Position numbers and translations under genes: made by a program
Part shown: piece after piece, positions 17,701-26,284 of the stretch
Layout of the letters: each line of letters begins with the position of its first letter
Position numbering within the stretch: position 1 is the first letter of the stretch
Assembly: GCA_963667145.1 (NCBI GenBank)
Contig: OY762943.1
Span: 145,459-209,458 of the forward strand
Direction: 5' to 3'
Length of the DNA: 64,000 nucleotides
Source of the DNA: Candidatus Cloacimonadota bacterium
Lineage (GTDB): Bacteria; Cloacimonadota; Cloacimonadia; G963667145
Notes under the pieces: model-generated
What the model saw: only the letters and a program-made list of their open reading frames with translations
What the model was told of the DNA's origin: nothing
Databases searched by the model: none

Positions 17701-18278
17701 ATCATGCACTTGCCACAGGAAAAAACGTCAACATTTTGGTGATGGATACCGAGGTTTATTCCAACACAGGTGGACAGGCTTCCAAAGCTACTCCGATAGG
17801 TGCTATCGCCAAATTTGCCGAAGCAGGAAAACCTCTAAATAAAAAAGACTTAGGTCTAATGATGATGAGCTATGGCTATGTTTATGTGGCTTCGTGTGCC
17901 ATGGGTGCAGACCGCAATCAGTTGATTAAAGCTATGCGTGAGGCTGAGGCTTATGATGGACCTTCCATTCTGTTTGTTTACGCTCCTTGCATCAATCATG
18001 GTATCGATATGAGTAACGCTCAAGCCGAGGAAAAATTGGCTGTTGATACTGGCTACTGGCCTTTGTACAGGTACAATCCTACTTTGATAGCTGAGGGAAA
18101 AAATCCTTTCATCTTGGAAAGCAAGAAACCTGTAAAAGACGTTAGAGAGTTCTTGCAAAACGAAAAACGTTACACATCTCTGATGGATATGAACAAGGAA
18201 AAGGCTGAGAAATATTGGAAAACGGCACAAGAATATGTAGATGCTCGCTATGTACACTACAAAAAGTTAGCCGATTAA
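14787..18278 (+). CDS. nifJ: Pyruvate:ferredoxin (flavodoxin) oxidoreductase, single-chain
   Basis: 1163 aa. N-terminal AIYPITPSS, two ferredoxin-type Cys clusters (CIQCNACSLVCP / CLECGACLNSCP), TPP-binding GGDGWAYDIGFGG. RBS aggagg. Confidence 0.95.
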   Translation: MSKKLTMDGNMAAAHVAYAFSDVAAIYPITPSSDMGQYADLWASQGRKNVFGQVLDVTEMQSEAGAAGAVHGALSAGAFTTTFTASQGLLLMLPNMHKIAGEMLPTVFHVSARSLACQSLSIFGDHSDVMSARNTGFALMAASNAQEIMDLAVVSHLATLKGRVPFLNFFDGFRNSHEISKIDVFDYDEIKGLLEMKYVREFRNLALNPQKPMVKVAAQNPDVYFQGRESSNNYYAKLPEIVLEYMDKVGKLSGRNYKLFDYVGATDATKVIVCMGSGAATVEETVNYLSKKGEKVGLVKIRLYRPFSIKHFKDALPSSVKDVVVLDRTKEPGSIGEPLYLDVVASLVDTGLKVVGGRYGLSSKEFTPSMVNAIFEQAGNGLKHGFTVGIEDDLSGTSIKVEKHINTLTEGTVSCKFWGLGADGTVGANKNSIKIIGDHTDMYAQGYFQYDSKKSGGVTRSHLRFGKSPILAEYLIVNADFIACHNPAYIGRYDLLEGIKDGGIFLLNSQFSREEVFSKLTKDMQETIIKKKIRFYNVDALSIARECGLAGRINTVMQAAFFAISEILPREEAITLIKESIKKTYLKKKGQAVVDMNWKAVDEASKALTQIEVPAKASQWIEPKKLVPADADDFTKSVIEPIMHEKGDEIPVSKMPLDGCMYSGTAALEKRGVAARVPSWIAENCIQCNACSLVCPHAAIRPKLIAKDSLADKPAQFNTIPAMGKDGDKYEYRMQVFIDDCLECGACLNSCPKAALEFKPVEEELVQRENLEYFQSKPEDVCGDVIAPTTIKGSQFKQPLLEFSGACAGCGETPYVKLLTQLFGNRMLIANATGCSSIWGGTFPSIPYCKNKDGHGPAWANSLFEDNAEYGLGFRLAVNSNRANLKFNIEAYLQEDSSSELAKLLKEALDNFDAKDEEAMSRAAKIRELLPAESKSNSLARVIELQHYFVDKSIWAFGGDGWAYDIGFGGLDHALATGKNVNILVMDTEVYSNTGGQASKATPIGAIAKFAEAGKPLNKKDLGLMMMSYGYVYVASCAMGADRNQLIKAMREAEAYDGPSILFVYAPCINHGIDMSNAQAEEKLAVDTGYWPLYRYNPTLIAEGKNPFILESKKPVKDVREFLQNEKRYTSLMDMNKEKAEKYWKTAQEYVDARYVHYKKLAD

Positions 18279-18293
18279 ATTAATTAAGTTACT

Positions 18294-18325
18294 AAAGCCT
18301 CCTAAAAATTTTGGGAGGCTTTTTT
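18294..18325 (+). terminator. Rho-independent terminator after nifJ (GCCTCC-taaaaatttt-GGGAGGC-TTTTTT)
   Basis: 6-bp GC stem, 10-nt loop, T6 run. Confidence 0.75.
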
Positions 18326-18394
18326 AATTCCAAAATTTAGCACTCAAAGAAATAGTTTGACAGTTTTAGTAAAAGGCAAAAGATGACCTCATAA

Positions 18395-18421
18395 TTAGCA
18401 CTCGACAAATATGACTGCTAA
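18395..18421 (+). promoter_or_regulatory. CIRCE-like HrcA operator TTAGCACTC-N9-GACTGCTAA upstream of grpE (extra half-site TTAGCACTC at 18337-18345)
   Basis: 17/18 match to the CIRCE consensus TTAGCACTC-N9-GAGTGCTAA, 30 nt before the grpE start. Confidence 0.65.
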
Positions 18422-18451
18422 AAGATAGCATTTTAGGGAGACTTTTGAGAA

Positions 18452-19084
18452 ATGAGCAAGAAAATTGATAAAGATGAAAATATTATAGATGAGACAAAAA
18501 AAACTGTTGAATCTGAGTTAGATGAGAAAAAGGCAGAAGAGAAAGATGCTGATGCCAAATGTGAAAAAAAAACTGACAAGAAGAAAGAAAAGAAGCTGAG
18601 CGACAAAGAAAAATTGGCGGAAAGTCAGCAGGAAGTTCTTGTGCTCAAGGATAAACTGGCACGGAGTTTGGCAGAATTTGAAAACTTCCGAAGAAGGAAT
18701 ATTCAGGAGAGAGAAAGATGGATAAAATTGTCCACCGAAAAAATTGTGTTAGAGGTTTGTGAGGTTTTGGACAATTTTGAAAGAGCCATTGAATCTGGAG
18801 TGAAGGCACATCAATTTGACGATTTCAAGAAAGGGATGGATATGATTTTCACTCAACTTGGCAACGTCTTGAAAAAAGAGGATGTTAGCAAAATTGATTG
18901 CTTGGGAAAAGATTTTAATCCTGAATTTCACGAAGCTCTTTCGCATATGCCTTCCAGCGATTTTGAGGAGAACAAGATTGCTGCCATCGTGCAAAATGGC
19001 TATATGATGAATGACAAAGTCATTCGACCAGCAAGAGTTATGGTCTCCAGTGGAGCACCGAAAGAAGATAAAAAAGCTGAGTAG
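18452..19084 (+). CDS. grpE: Nucleotide exchange factor GrpE
   Basis: 210 aa. Acidic/lysine-rich N-terminus, LAESQQEVLVLKDKLARSLAEFENFRRR GrpE signature. Confidence 0.9.
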   Translation: MSKKIDKDENIIDETKKTVESELDEKKAEEKDADAKCEKKTDKKKEKKLSDKEKLAESQQEVLVLKDKLARSLAEFENFRRRNIQERERWIKLSTEKIVLEVCEVLDNFERAIESGVKAHQFDDFKKGMDMIFTQLGNVLKKEDVSKIDCLGKDFNPEFHEALSHMPSSDFEENKIAAIVQNGYMMNDKVIRPARVMVSSGAPKEDKKAE

Positions 19085-19097
19085 TTTTGGAGAAAAG

Positions 19098-19703
19098 ATG
19101 AAAGTTTTGGCAATAAACGGAAGTTCGAGGAAAAAGGGTAACACCGATATTTTGCTGGACAAGGTGTTACAACCATTGCAAGAAAGCGGATTTGCTTGTG
19201 AGAAAGTTTGGCTTGGAAATGATGCGGTCAAGGTTTGTCTCGGATGCAGAAAGTGTGCCGAAAATAAAAATAGAAAATGTGTAATTGATAGTGACAACCT
19301 CAACGATTTAGTTCAAAAAATGGCGGAAGCTGATGTGATAATCCTCGGTTCGCCTGTGTATGTGGCTGGCATCACCGCTCAGATGAAAGCTTTTTTGGAT
19401 AGAGCGGCTTTGGTTTGCCGAGCTAACGGATTTTTGTTGAAGCACAAAATAGGGGCTTCGCTTGTTGCCGTGAGAAGAGCGGGAGCTTTGCCTGCCGTGG
19501 ATATGATGAACCACTTTTTTGCTATCCAACAGATGTTTACAGTCGGTTCCACTTATTGGAATTTCGGTTTGGGCAACGCTATTGGAGAAGTGGAGAGTGA
19601 TAGCGAAGGCTTGAAGAATATGGAAAATTTGGGAGAAAATATCGTTTTTTTGGCTAACAAATTGCGTTCGCCCGAGAATGGAGGTGAGCATGGTGGATTT
19701 TAG
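19098..19703 (+). CDS. Iron-sulfur flavoprotein (Isf) / NADPH-dependent FMN reductase family
   Basis: MKVLAINGSSRKKGNT flavodoxin-like start. Compact CX2CX2CX6C motif (CLGCRKCAENKNRKC) typical of Isf. ATG 19098 chosen; the ORF-track start 19011 overlaps grpE. Confidence 0.7.
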   Translation: MKVLAINGSSRKKGNTDILLDKVLQPLQESGFACEKVWLGNDAVKVCLGCRKCAENKNRKCVIDSDNLNDLVQKMAEADVIILGSPVYVAGITAQMKAFLDRAALVCRANGFLLKHKIGASLVAVRRAGALPAVDMMNHFFAIQQMFTVGSTYWNFGLGNAIGEVESDSEGLKNMENLGENIVFLANKLRSPENGGEHGGF

Positions 19704-20841
19704 GTTTCAACTTCCAACTGAGATTTTCTTTGGCAAAGAGGCTATGAGCAATTTGCCGAACCTTGTCAAAGGCAAAAAAGTCTTGTTGACATATGGACTT
19801 GGTAGCATAAAAAAAATGGGATTGTACGACGAAGTTGTGAATGTTTTGCAGAAAGAATGTCCTGTGTTTGCGGAATTGTCAGAAATTGCTCCAAATCCGA
19901 AGGTTAGCAGTGTGCGAGAAGGTGTGAAGATTATCAAGGAAAAGGGTTTGGATTTCATCTTGGCAGTTGGTGGTGGCAGTGTGATTGATGGCAGTAAATG
20001 TATCGCCAGAGCTGTTTATTACGATGGAGACCCTTGGCAAATGATAAAGGACGGTGCAACTGTGGAGAACGCAGTTCCTCTTGGATGCATTTTGACTTTG
20101 TCGGCTACAGGCACGGAAACTAATATGAATGCGGTGATTTCCAACGATGAGACTTCGGAGAAGATACCGAGCTATAGCTTGAAGCAAATCCCCAAGTTTG
20201 CCATACTCAATCCTGAATACACTTATTCGGTGGATGCTTTCCAAACCGCCGCCGGTACAGTTGACATTATGGCACACGTTTTTGAACAATACTTTTCTGC
20301 CAATTCGGATGCGATGGTTGCAGACCAATTTGCTATTGGAATCTTGAAAACTTGCATGAAATACGCACCTGTCGGCTTGATGAAGCCTGACAATTATGTG
20401 GCTCGTGCAAACTTGATGTGGTCTTCCACAATGGCTTTGAACGGGTTGCTGTCCGCAGGTAAAATGACCGATTGGGCGAGTCATCAGATTGAGCATGGAG
20501 TTTCGGCGATTTCCGACATTACGCACGGAGTTGGACTTGCCATTATTTTTCCTGCTTGGATGAATTACGTCATTTCCAAAGGTGCTGATGTGGAAAAATT
20601 TGAGATTTTGGGTAAAGAGTTGTTCGGCTTAGTGGGAAGCGATTTGGCATCGCGTTTTGTTTTGATGCTTGGTCAGTTTTTCGCTTCGATAGGAATGCCA
20701 GCTAAACTTTCTCAAGTGGGAATTAAAAAGGAAGATTTGCCGTTGATGGCTGAGCGTACGATGCTGGGAAGGTCTTCTATAGGAGGATTTATGAAATTAA
20801 ATCAAGAAGATGTATTAAGTATTTTGAATGCGGCATATTAG
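19690..20841 (+). CDS. Iron-containing alcohol dehydrogenase (Fe-ADH family)
   Basis: GGGSVIDGSKCIA NAD/Fe-ADH motif and conserved His cluster. ATG 19690 follows RBS ggaggtgag. Confidence 0.85.
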   Translation: MVDFRFQLPTEIFFGKEAMSNLPNLVKGKKVLLTYGLGSIKKMGLYDEVVNVLQKECPVFAELSEIAPNPKVSSVREGVKIIKEKGLDFILAVGGGSVIDGSKCIARAVYYDGDPWQMIKDGATVENAVPLGCILTLSATGTETNMNAVISNDETSEKIPSYSLKQIPKFAILNPEYTYSVDAFQTAAGTVDIMAHVFEQYFSANSDAMVADQFAIGILKTCMKYAPVGLMKPDNYVARANLMWSSTMALNGLLSAGKMTDWASHQIEHGVSAISDITHGVGLAIIFPAWMNYVISKGADVEKFEILGKELFGLVGSDLASRFVLMLGQFFASIGMPAKLSQVGIKKEDLPLMAERTMLGRSSIGGFMKLNQEDVLSILNAAY

Positions 20842-20892
20842 CAAAAAAATAAATTGATAAATATAGATTAAAAGTTTATAAGGAGAGATATT

Positions 20893-22830
20893 ATGGGAAA
20901 AATTATAGGTATAGATTTGGGAACCACTAACTCTTGCGTGACAGTGATGGAAGGTGGCAAACCAGTTGTTATTACTAATTCCGAGGGAAACAGAACCACT
21001 CCTTCTGTGGTGGGATTTTCCAAGGATAGTCAAAGACTTGTGGGACTTTTGGCAAAAAGACAAGCGGTAACTAATCCGAAGAACACAATTTTTTCAGCTA
21101 AAAGATTTATAGGAAGGCAGTTGAATGAGCTTGCTGAGGAGATAAAAACCGTTCCTTATGAGGTTAAGCAAGGCAAGAGCGAAGCGGTTTTTCATATCGA
21201 TATTGAAAATAAAGATTACACTCCTCAAGAGATTTCCGCTATGATACTTACCAAGATGAAAGAGACTGCTGAGGCTTATTTGGGACAAAAAGTGACCGAA
21301 GCTGTAATCACAGTGCCAGCTTATTTCAACGATGCTCAAAGACAAGCAACCAAAGATGCGGGGAAAATCGCAGGATTGGACGTGAAGAGAATCATCAACG
21401 AGCCTACAGCAGCAGCTTTGGCTTATGGTGTAAATTCCAAAAAAGAGGAAAAAGTAGCTGTTTATGACCTTGGTGGCGGAACTTTCGACATCTCTATTCT
21501 GGATATTTCCGATGGAGTGATTGAGGTGCTTTCAACCAACGGCGACACTCACCTTGGTGGTGACGACTTTGACCAAAAAATCATCAATTGGATTTTGACT
21601 AAGTTCAAAGAGCAAGAGGGTATCGATTTGGGTAACGACCCGACTGTGATGCAAAGACTGAAAGAGGCTGCTGAAAAAGCCAAAATCGAGCTTTCTGGCA
21701 CAACCAATGCGTCAATCAACTTGCCGTTTATCACCGCCGATGCCACAGGTCCAAAACACTTGGATTTGACTTTGAGCAGAGCTGAGTTCGATTCTATGGT
21801 TGCAGATTTGATTGCCAAGAGCATTGAGCCGTGTCGCAAGGCTATGAGCGATGCCAAGCTGTCCACCTCGGACATCAACGAGGTTCTTTTGGTTGGTGGC
21901 TCCACACGTATCCCAGCTGTGGTGGAGGCTGTTGAAAAATATTTTGGCAAAAAAGCTAACAAATCCGTTAACCCTGATGAAGTGGTTGCCACGGGAGCAG
22001 GTATCCAAGGTGGTATCCTCAGTGGAGACGAGAGCGTGGACGATGTGTTGCTTTTGGATGTGACACCGCTTACTTTGGGAATTGAGACTTTGGGCGGAGT
22101 GATGACAGCTCTTATTGAGCGTAACACGACCATTCCGACTAAGAAGTCGCAAGTTTTCTCTACCGCTGCCGACAATCAACCCGCTGTGAACATCAAGGTG
22201 TTGCAAGGCGAGAGACCTATGGCCGCCGACAATAGAGTGCTTGGGAATTTTGACCTTGTGGGGATTCCACCTGCACCAAGAGGCGTTCCGCAAATCGAAG
22301 TGACTTTTGACATTGACGCTAACGGGATTTTGCACGTGACTGCCAAGGACAAGGGTACTGGCAAAGAGCAATCTATCAAGATTGAAAGACCGGGTTCACT
22401 TTCCGAGGAAGAGATCGAAAAAATGGTGAAAGATGCGGAGGCTCACAAAGCTGAGGACGAAAAACGCAAAGAACTTATCGATGCGAAAAATGAGTTGGAT
22501 ACGTTGATTTTCTCTACGGAAAAATCTTTGACAGAATATAGTGACAAATTAGCAGACGATGAAAAGAAAAAGATTGAGGACGCTATTAAGGACGCTAAAG
22601 AGAAGAAAGACAAGGCGATGAGCAAAGAGGAAGTGACCGCTGCTCGTGATGAATTGGCTACTAAAGCACAAAAAATCGGTGAGATATTGCAAGCTGAAAT
22701 GCAAAAAAATCAAGCTGGTGGAAATGCTGGTGCAGGAGCAGAAAATGCAGGTGCCGGTGAGCAAGGCAAATCTGATGATGGCCCTGTTGATGCCGATTTT
22801 GAAGTAGTTGACGATGATAAAAAAGAGTAA
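20893..22830 (+). CDS. dnaK: Molecular chaperone DnaK (Hsp70)
   Basis: 645 aa. [31 protein letters not shown] signatures. Confidence 0.97.
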   Translation: MGKIIGIDLGTTNSCVTVMEGGKPVVITNSEGNRTTPSVVGFSKDSQRLVGLLAKRQAVTNPKNTIFSAKRFIGRQLNELAEEIKTVPYEVKQGKSEAVFHIDIENKDYTPQEISAMILTKMKETAEAYLGQKVTEAVITVPAYFNDAQRQATKDAGKIAGLDVKRIINEPTAAALAYGVNSKKEEKVAVYDLGGGTFDISILDISDGVIEVLSTNGDTHLGGDDFDQKIINWILTKFKEQEGIDLGNDPTVMQRLKEAAEKAKIELSGTTNASINLPFITADATGPKHLDLTLSRAEFDSMVADLIAKSIEPCRKAMSDAKLSTSDINEVLLVGGSTRIPAVVEAVEKYFGKKANKSVNPDEVVATGAGIQGGILSGDESVDDVLLLDVTPLTLGIETLGGVMTALIERNTTIPTKKSQVFSTAADNQPAVNIKVLQGERPMAADNRVLGNFDLVGIPPAPRGVPQIEVTFDIDANGILHVTAKDKGTGKEQSIKIERPGSLSEEEIEKMVKDAEAHKAEDEKRKELIDAKNELDTLIFSTEKSLTEYSDKLADDEKKKIEDAIKDAKEKKDKAMSKEEVTAARDELATKAQKIGEILQAEMQKNQAGGNAGAGAENAGAGEQGKSDDGPVDADFEVVDDDKKE

Positions 22831-22864
22831 CTTTTACGATGTTGCTTAATTAAAAGATTATAGA

Positions 22865-22900
22865 AGAAGGCGAGGAATTATCTTCGCCTTCTAAATTTCT
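22865..22900 (+). terminator. Hairpin AGAAGGCGA-ggaattatct-TCGCCTTCT after dnaK
   Basis: 9-bp perfect stem, 10-nt loop, A/T-rich tail (partial terminator/attenuator before dnaJ). Confidence 0.55.
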
Positions 22901-23010
22901 TGAATAACAATTTTTACTTGGTTTGATGTTAAATTAAGTAAGGGAATTGAGCCAAATAGAAATTGTTGATTTGAAAGAAGTTATTAAGATTTTGGAGATA
23001 AAAATAGATT

Positions 23011-24159
23011 ATGGCAAAAAGAGATTATTATGAGGTGTTGGGGCTTGATAAAAGTGCTAGTGCTGCGGATATAAAGAAAGCTTATCGCAAATTGGCGATG
23101 AAGTATCATCCCGATAAAAACAAGGACAACAAAGAGGCTGAAGAGAAGTTTAAAGAGGCTTCGGAAGCTTATGAGGTGCTGTCCGATGGAGACAAAAAAG
23201 CTCGCTACGACCAATTTGGACACGCAGGAATGGAAGGAGCTTTTGGGCATCAAGGCGGATTTCGTTGGTCGGACTTTTCGCATTCGGGAGATTTTTCCGA
23301 TATATTCGGTTCTGAGGGATTTTCTTCGTTCTTTGGGAATATTTTCGGTGGAGGTCGCAGGTCAGGACGCAGGAGCAATAGAGGCGAAGATTTAAAAGTA
23401 GGTGTGACTTTATCCCTCAAGGAAATTGCCGAGGGATGCGAAAAGAAGATAAAAATCAAGGTCAAATCTGTTTGTCCCAAATGTGGAGGAAGTGGAGCTA
23501 AAGACGGCAAAAAATCTACTTGTACGCAGTGCGGTGGAACAGGTCAGGTTCGCCAAGTGCAAAATTCACTTTTTGGCAGAATGCAGACTATAGTTGACTG
23601 CCCGAGTTGTGGTGGAACTGGTCAAAAAATCGAAAATCCTTGTTCCAACTGTAGTGGCACGGGCAGAATCGACGAGCAAAAAACCGTTTTGGTGAAGATA
23701 CCAGGTGGTGTGGAAGAGGGGCAATATTTGCGTTTGAATGGTCAAGGAAATGCAGGCATCAACGGTGGACAAAGTGGAGATTTGATAGTTGTCATCTCCG
23801 AGAAAGAACACGATTTGTTCGTCAGAGATGGTGAAAGCCTTTATGTCGATTATCCCATCAATGTTTCCACGGCTGTTCTTGGAGGGAGCTTGGTCATCGA
23901 TTCCATCTATGGTGGTAAGCTCAAATTATCAGTGAAAGAAGGAACCGAGTCGGGAAAAGTGCTACGTGTGAAAGGACAAGGACTTCCGGTAGTCAATCGT
24001 GATTACAAAGGCGATTTGTTCGTGAGATTGTCCGTGAAGATTCCTACAAAGCTGGATAAGGAAGAGAAAAAACTGTACGAAAAACTTGCCAAATTTGATG
24101 AAAAGCGAGAGCTCAGCCCTAGGAAATCTTTTTTGGATAAAGTGAAAGATTTCTTTTAA
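23011..24159 (+). CDS. dnaJ: Molecular chaperone DnaJ (Hsp40)
   Basis: J-domain with HPD (KYHPDKN), G/F-rich linker, four CxxCxGxG zinc-finger repeats. Confidence 0.95.
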   Translation: MAKRDYYEVLGLDKSASAADIKKAYRKLAMKYHPDKNKDNKEAEEKFKEASEAYEVLSDGDKKARYDQFGHAGMEGAFGHQGGFRWSDFSHSGDFSDIFGSEGFSSFFGNIFGGGRRSGRRSNRGEDLKVGVTLSLKEIAEGCEKKIKIKVKSVCPKCGGSGAKDGKKSTCTQCGGTGQVRQVQNSLFGRMQTIVDCPSCGGTGQKIENPCSNCSGTGRIDEQKTVLVKIPGGVEEGQYLRLNGQGNAGINGGQSGDLIVVISEKEHDLFVRDGESLYVDYPINVSTAVLGGSLVIDSIYGGKLKLSVKEGTESGKVLRVKGQGLPVVNRDYKGDLFVRLSVKIPTKLDKEEKKLYEKLAKFDEKRELSPRKSFLDKVKDFF

Positions 24160-24179
24160 GAGATTGATTTGGAGAAATT

Positions 24180-24728
24180 TTGAAAAGATTTAAGAAGTTC
24201 TTATTTTTGCTTTTGCCCGTTGTGATTTTCGGTTGTGCCTATAGCATTGGTGGTCGGGGTTTGTCGCATCTTAACACTATCACTGTGCAAACTTTTGCCA
24301 ATTCTACTGACGAAGATTGGTTGGACGAGGATTTGTTGAACTATTTTTCCACACAATTCAATTCCAATAGCGATTTGAAAACTCAGACCAAGAACGCCGA
24401 TTGCATTCTGAAGGGCGAGATTTTGACCTATACGGACGAAGTTTACAAATACGATTCGGACGATAATATCGAGAGTTATCACATCATGATGAGTTTCAAG
24501 GTTACTTTTTACGATTTGGTGAAGAACAAGACTCTCTATTCTGTGAATAGTAAGCACTACAATATCACGTATGCCATTGGCGACCCTTCTAATCCTGATA
24601 TTACGGTGGATGTTACTATTTCCAAGGCACAAAACAATAATCGCGACAAATATGAGCAGATTATTAAGCCCAAGATTTTTGAGGAGTTATTTGATGAGAT
24701 TAATAATTCCACTTTTGAATCTTGGTAA
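24180..24728 (+). CDS. Hypothetical lipoprotein (LptE-like size/architecture; function unknown)
   Basis: 182 aa. TTG start with RBS ggagaaa. Signal peptide with lipobox IFGCA. No recognisable catalytic motifs. Confidence 0.45.
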   Translation: MKRFKKFLFLLLPVVIFGCAYSIGGRGLSHLNTITVQTFANSTDEDWLDEDLLNYFSTQFNSNSDLKTQTKNADCILKGEILTYTDEVYKYDSDDNIESYHIMMSFKVTFYDLVKNKTLYSVNSKHYNITYAIGDPSNPDITVDVTISKAQNNNRDKYEQIIKPKIFEELFDEINNSTFESW

Positions 24729-24738
24729 TGGGTAGATT

Positions 24739-25464
24739 TTGAGAATAAACAAATTTTTGGCTTTTTGCGGTTTCGGTTCCCGACGTAGTGTGGAATCGCT
24801 CATTGTAGCTGGCAAGGTGAAGGTTAATGGTGAAGTCTGCAAAGAGTTCAATTGGCGAATTAATCCGAGGGAAGACAAGGTTGAGGTTGACGGGAAAGTT
24901 GCCGAGTACCTCGAAGAGAAAATCTATCTGATGATAAATAAGCCCCCCGGATATTTGGTGTCGCACAACGATGCTTTCGGGAGAAAATTGGTTTACGATT
25001 TAGTTCCTGATTTTGGAGTACATCTATTTGCTGTGGGCAGGCTCGACTTGATGTCTCAGGGGCTTTTGCTCCTCACGAGTGATGGTGACTTCGCCAACAA
25101 GGTTATTCATCCGAGTTATAAGCTGGAGAAAGTTTATAAGGTTGAAGTTGACGGCTATTTCACTGGCGAGATGGCGAAGATTTTGCGTTCTGGCGTGGAA
25201 ATTGATGGCATCAAAACTTTCCCCGCTAAGGTCTATATCAACAAGGCTACTAGAGATGGTAGCACTCTAAAAATAGTCATCCAAGAAGGTCGCAAAAGGC
25301 AAATTCGCAGGATGATTTCCAGTGTTGGGCTGAATGTGACTAAACTCACCAGATTGCAAATAGGTGGGTTGCATATCGGGTCTTTGCCTATGGGGATGTG
25401 GAAGTTTTTGGATGAAAGGCAAATAAAGAAGATTTTTTCTCTTCGAGAAAATAAGAAGTTGTAG
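24739..25464 (+). CDS. rRNA pseudouridine synthase (RsuA/RluB family) with N-terminal S4 domain
   Basis: KFLAFCGFGSRRSVESLI S4 motif and catalytic AVGRLD. TTG start. Confidence 0.85.
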   Translation: MRINKFLAFCGFGSRRSVESLIVAGKVKVNGEVCKEFNWRINPREDKVEVDGKVAEYLEEKIYLMINKPPGYLVSHNDAFGRKLVYDLVPDFGVHLFAVGRLDLMSQGLLLLTSDGDFANKVIHPSYKLEKVYKVEVDGYFTGEMAKILRSGVEIDGIKTFPAKVYINKATRDGSTLKIVIQEGRKRQIRRMISSVGLNVTKLTRLQIGGLHIGSLPMGMWKFLDERQIKKIFSLRENKKL

Positions 25465-25467
25465 ATT

Positions 25468-25511
25468 GTTACTTTTCTTTTTTTTTCGTGATAAAAAAAA
25501 GAAAGAGTAAC
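25468..25511. repeat. A/T-tract palindromic hairpin GTTACTTTTCTTTTTTTTT-cgtgat-AAAAAAAAGAAAGAGTAAC (bidirectional terminator-like)
   Basis: 19-bp near-perfect inverted repeat immediately after the pseudouridine synthase stop. Similar twin at 25909-25940. Confidence 0.6.
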
Positions 25512-25908
25512 CATAAAGAAAAAAACTCAAAATCAAAAGCCTCACCTCTAAAATATTCAACTCCTTCGTATTATTGTAAGCTCAACCTGTGAAGTCAGAA
25601 TAGAACTTTAGTAAGAGACTACAGGTATCGCACAATAATTGACTTCAGTCGTTTTCTATTTTTACGAGGCTCGACTTGATGGATTTGTTGCTACCCCAAG
25701 CCCGAGCGAAACACTCTTAGGGGTCAGGTGGTAACGGTAAATACATCAAAGCAAAAAGCTTGAAATTTATTAGCTTACCGAACTACGAGAATAGAACCGT
25801 TTCAAGCCTCTTGATAATTTTCTATGTTGGTTATTTGAAGCGGTGCTAATTATCGTGAGAGGGAGAGGTTAGAAATTTAGCTTTTTGATTTTGTATTTAG
25901 AGGTTTTT

Positions 25909-25940
25909 TGCTTCTTTTTTTACGGTGAAAAAAAGAAGGC
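25909..25940. repeat. A/T-tract palindromic hairpin GCTTCTTTTTTT-acggtg-AAAAAAAGAAGGC, twin of 25468-25511
   Basis: Same architecture and loop class as the first hairpin. The two delimit a ~400-bp ORF-free segment. Confidence 0.55.
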
Positions 25941-26284
25941 ATATTGCTATGGATGCCCGTTGTCACGAGCATTAGGAATAGCGAAGCAGGAAGCCCAAGC
26001 ATTCTCATTCTTGCGGATGCGGGAATTCACTCTTCCTTGCCTTCCCCAAAATTATCAATTATCCATTGTCACTTATCAATTATTTCCAAAACCTACCTTT
26101 TGGTTTGTTTCTGTTTTTTGTATCCATAGACTTTGACATTTACCTCCAAAAAAAAAGTATGACTTTGAAAAATTAGTTAGGTGGTTACTTTTGGACTATA
26201 CCGCCAAACTTTTTGGCAAAAAAGTTGGACAAAACCTTGCATTACTAAATCTTGCTGTCAAATTTTTCACAAGCGAGAGATGTT

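Noticed and set aside
18337-18345. Second CIRCE upstream of grpE
   Set aside because: Only the left half-site TTAGCACTC is present. The downstream partner GTTTGACAG does not match GAGTGCTAA. The complete CIRCE is the one at 18395-18421.
25885-26136. Two overlapping small plus-strand ORFs (83 and 61 aa) in the long intergenic gap
   Set aside because: No RBS. Cys/Phe-rich low-complexity translations that start inside the poly-T/poly-A hairpin. More likely non-coding.
25465-26284. tmRNA, RNase P RNA, SRP RNA or tRNA in the long gap
   Set aside because: Looked for the tmRNA 5' GGGG..GAUUC..GGAUUCGACGGG and 3' T-arm/CCA, the RNase P AGGAAAGUCCGG and ACAGAACCCGGCUUA motifs, the SRP GGUCAGGUCCGGAAGGAAGCAGC motif and the tRNA T-loop GTTCRANYC on both strands. 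None found. The region is kept only as an unclassified candidate.
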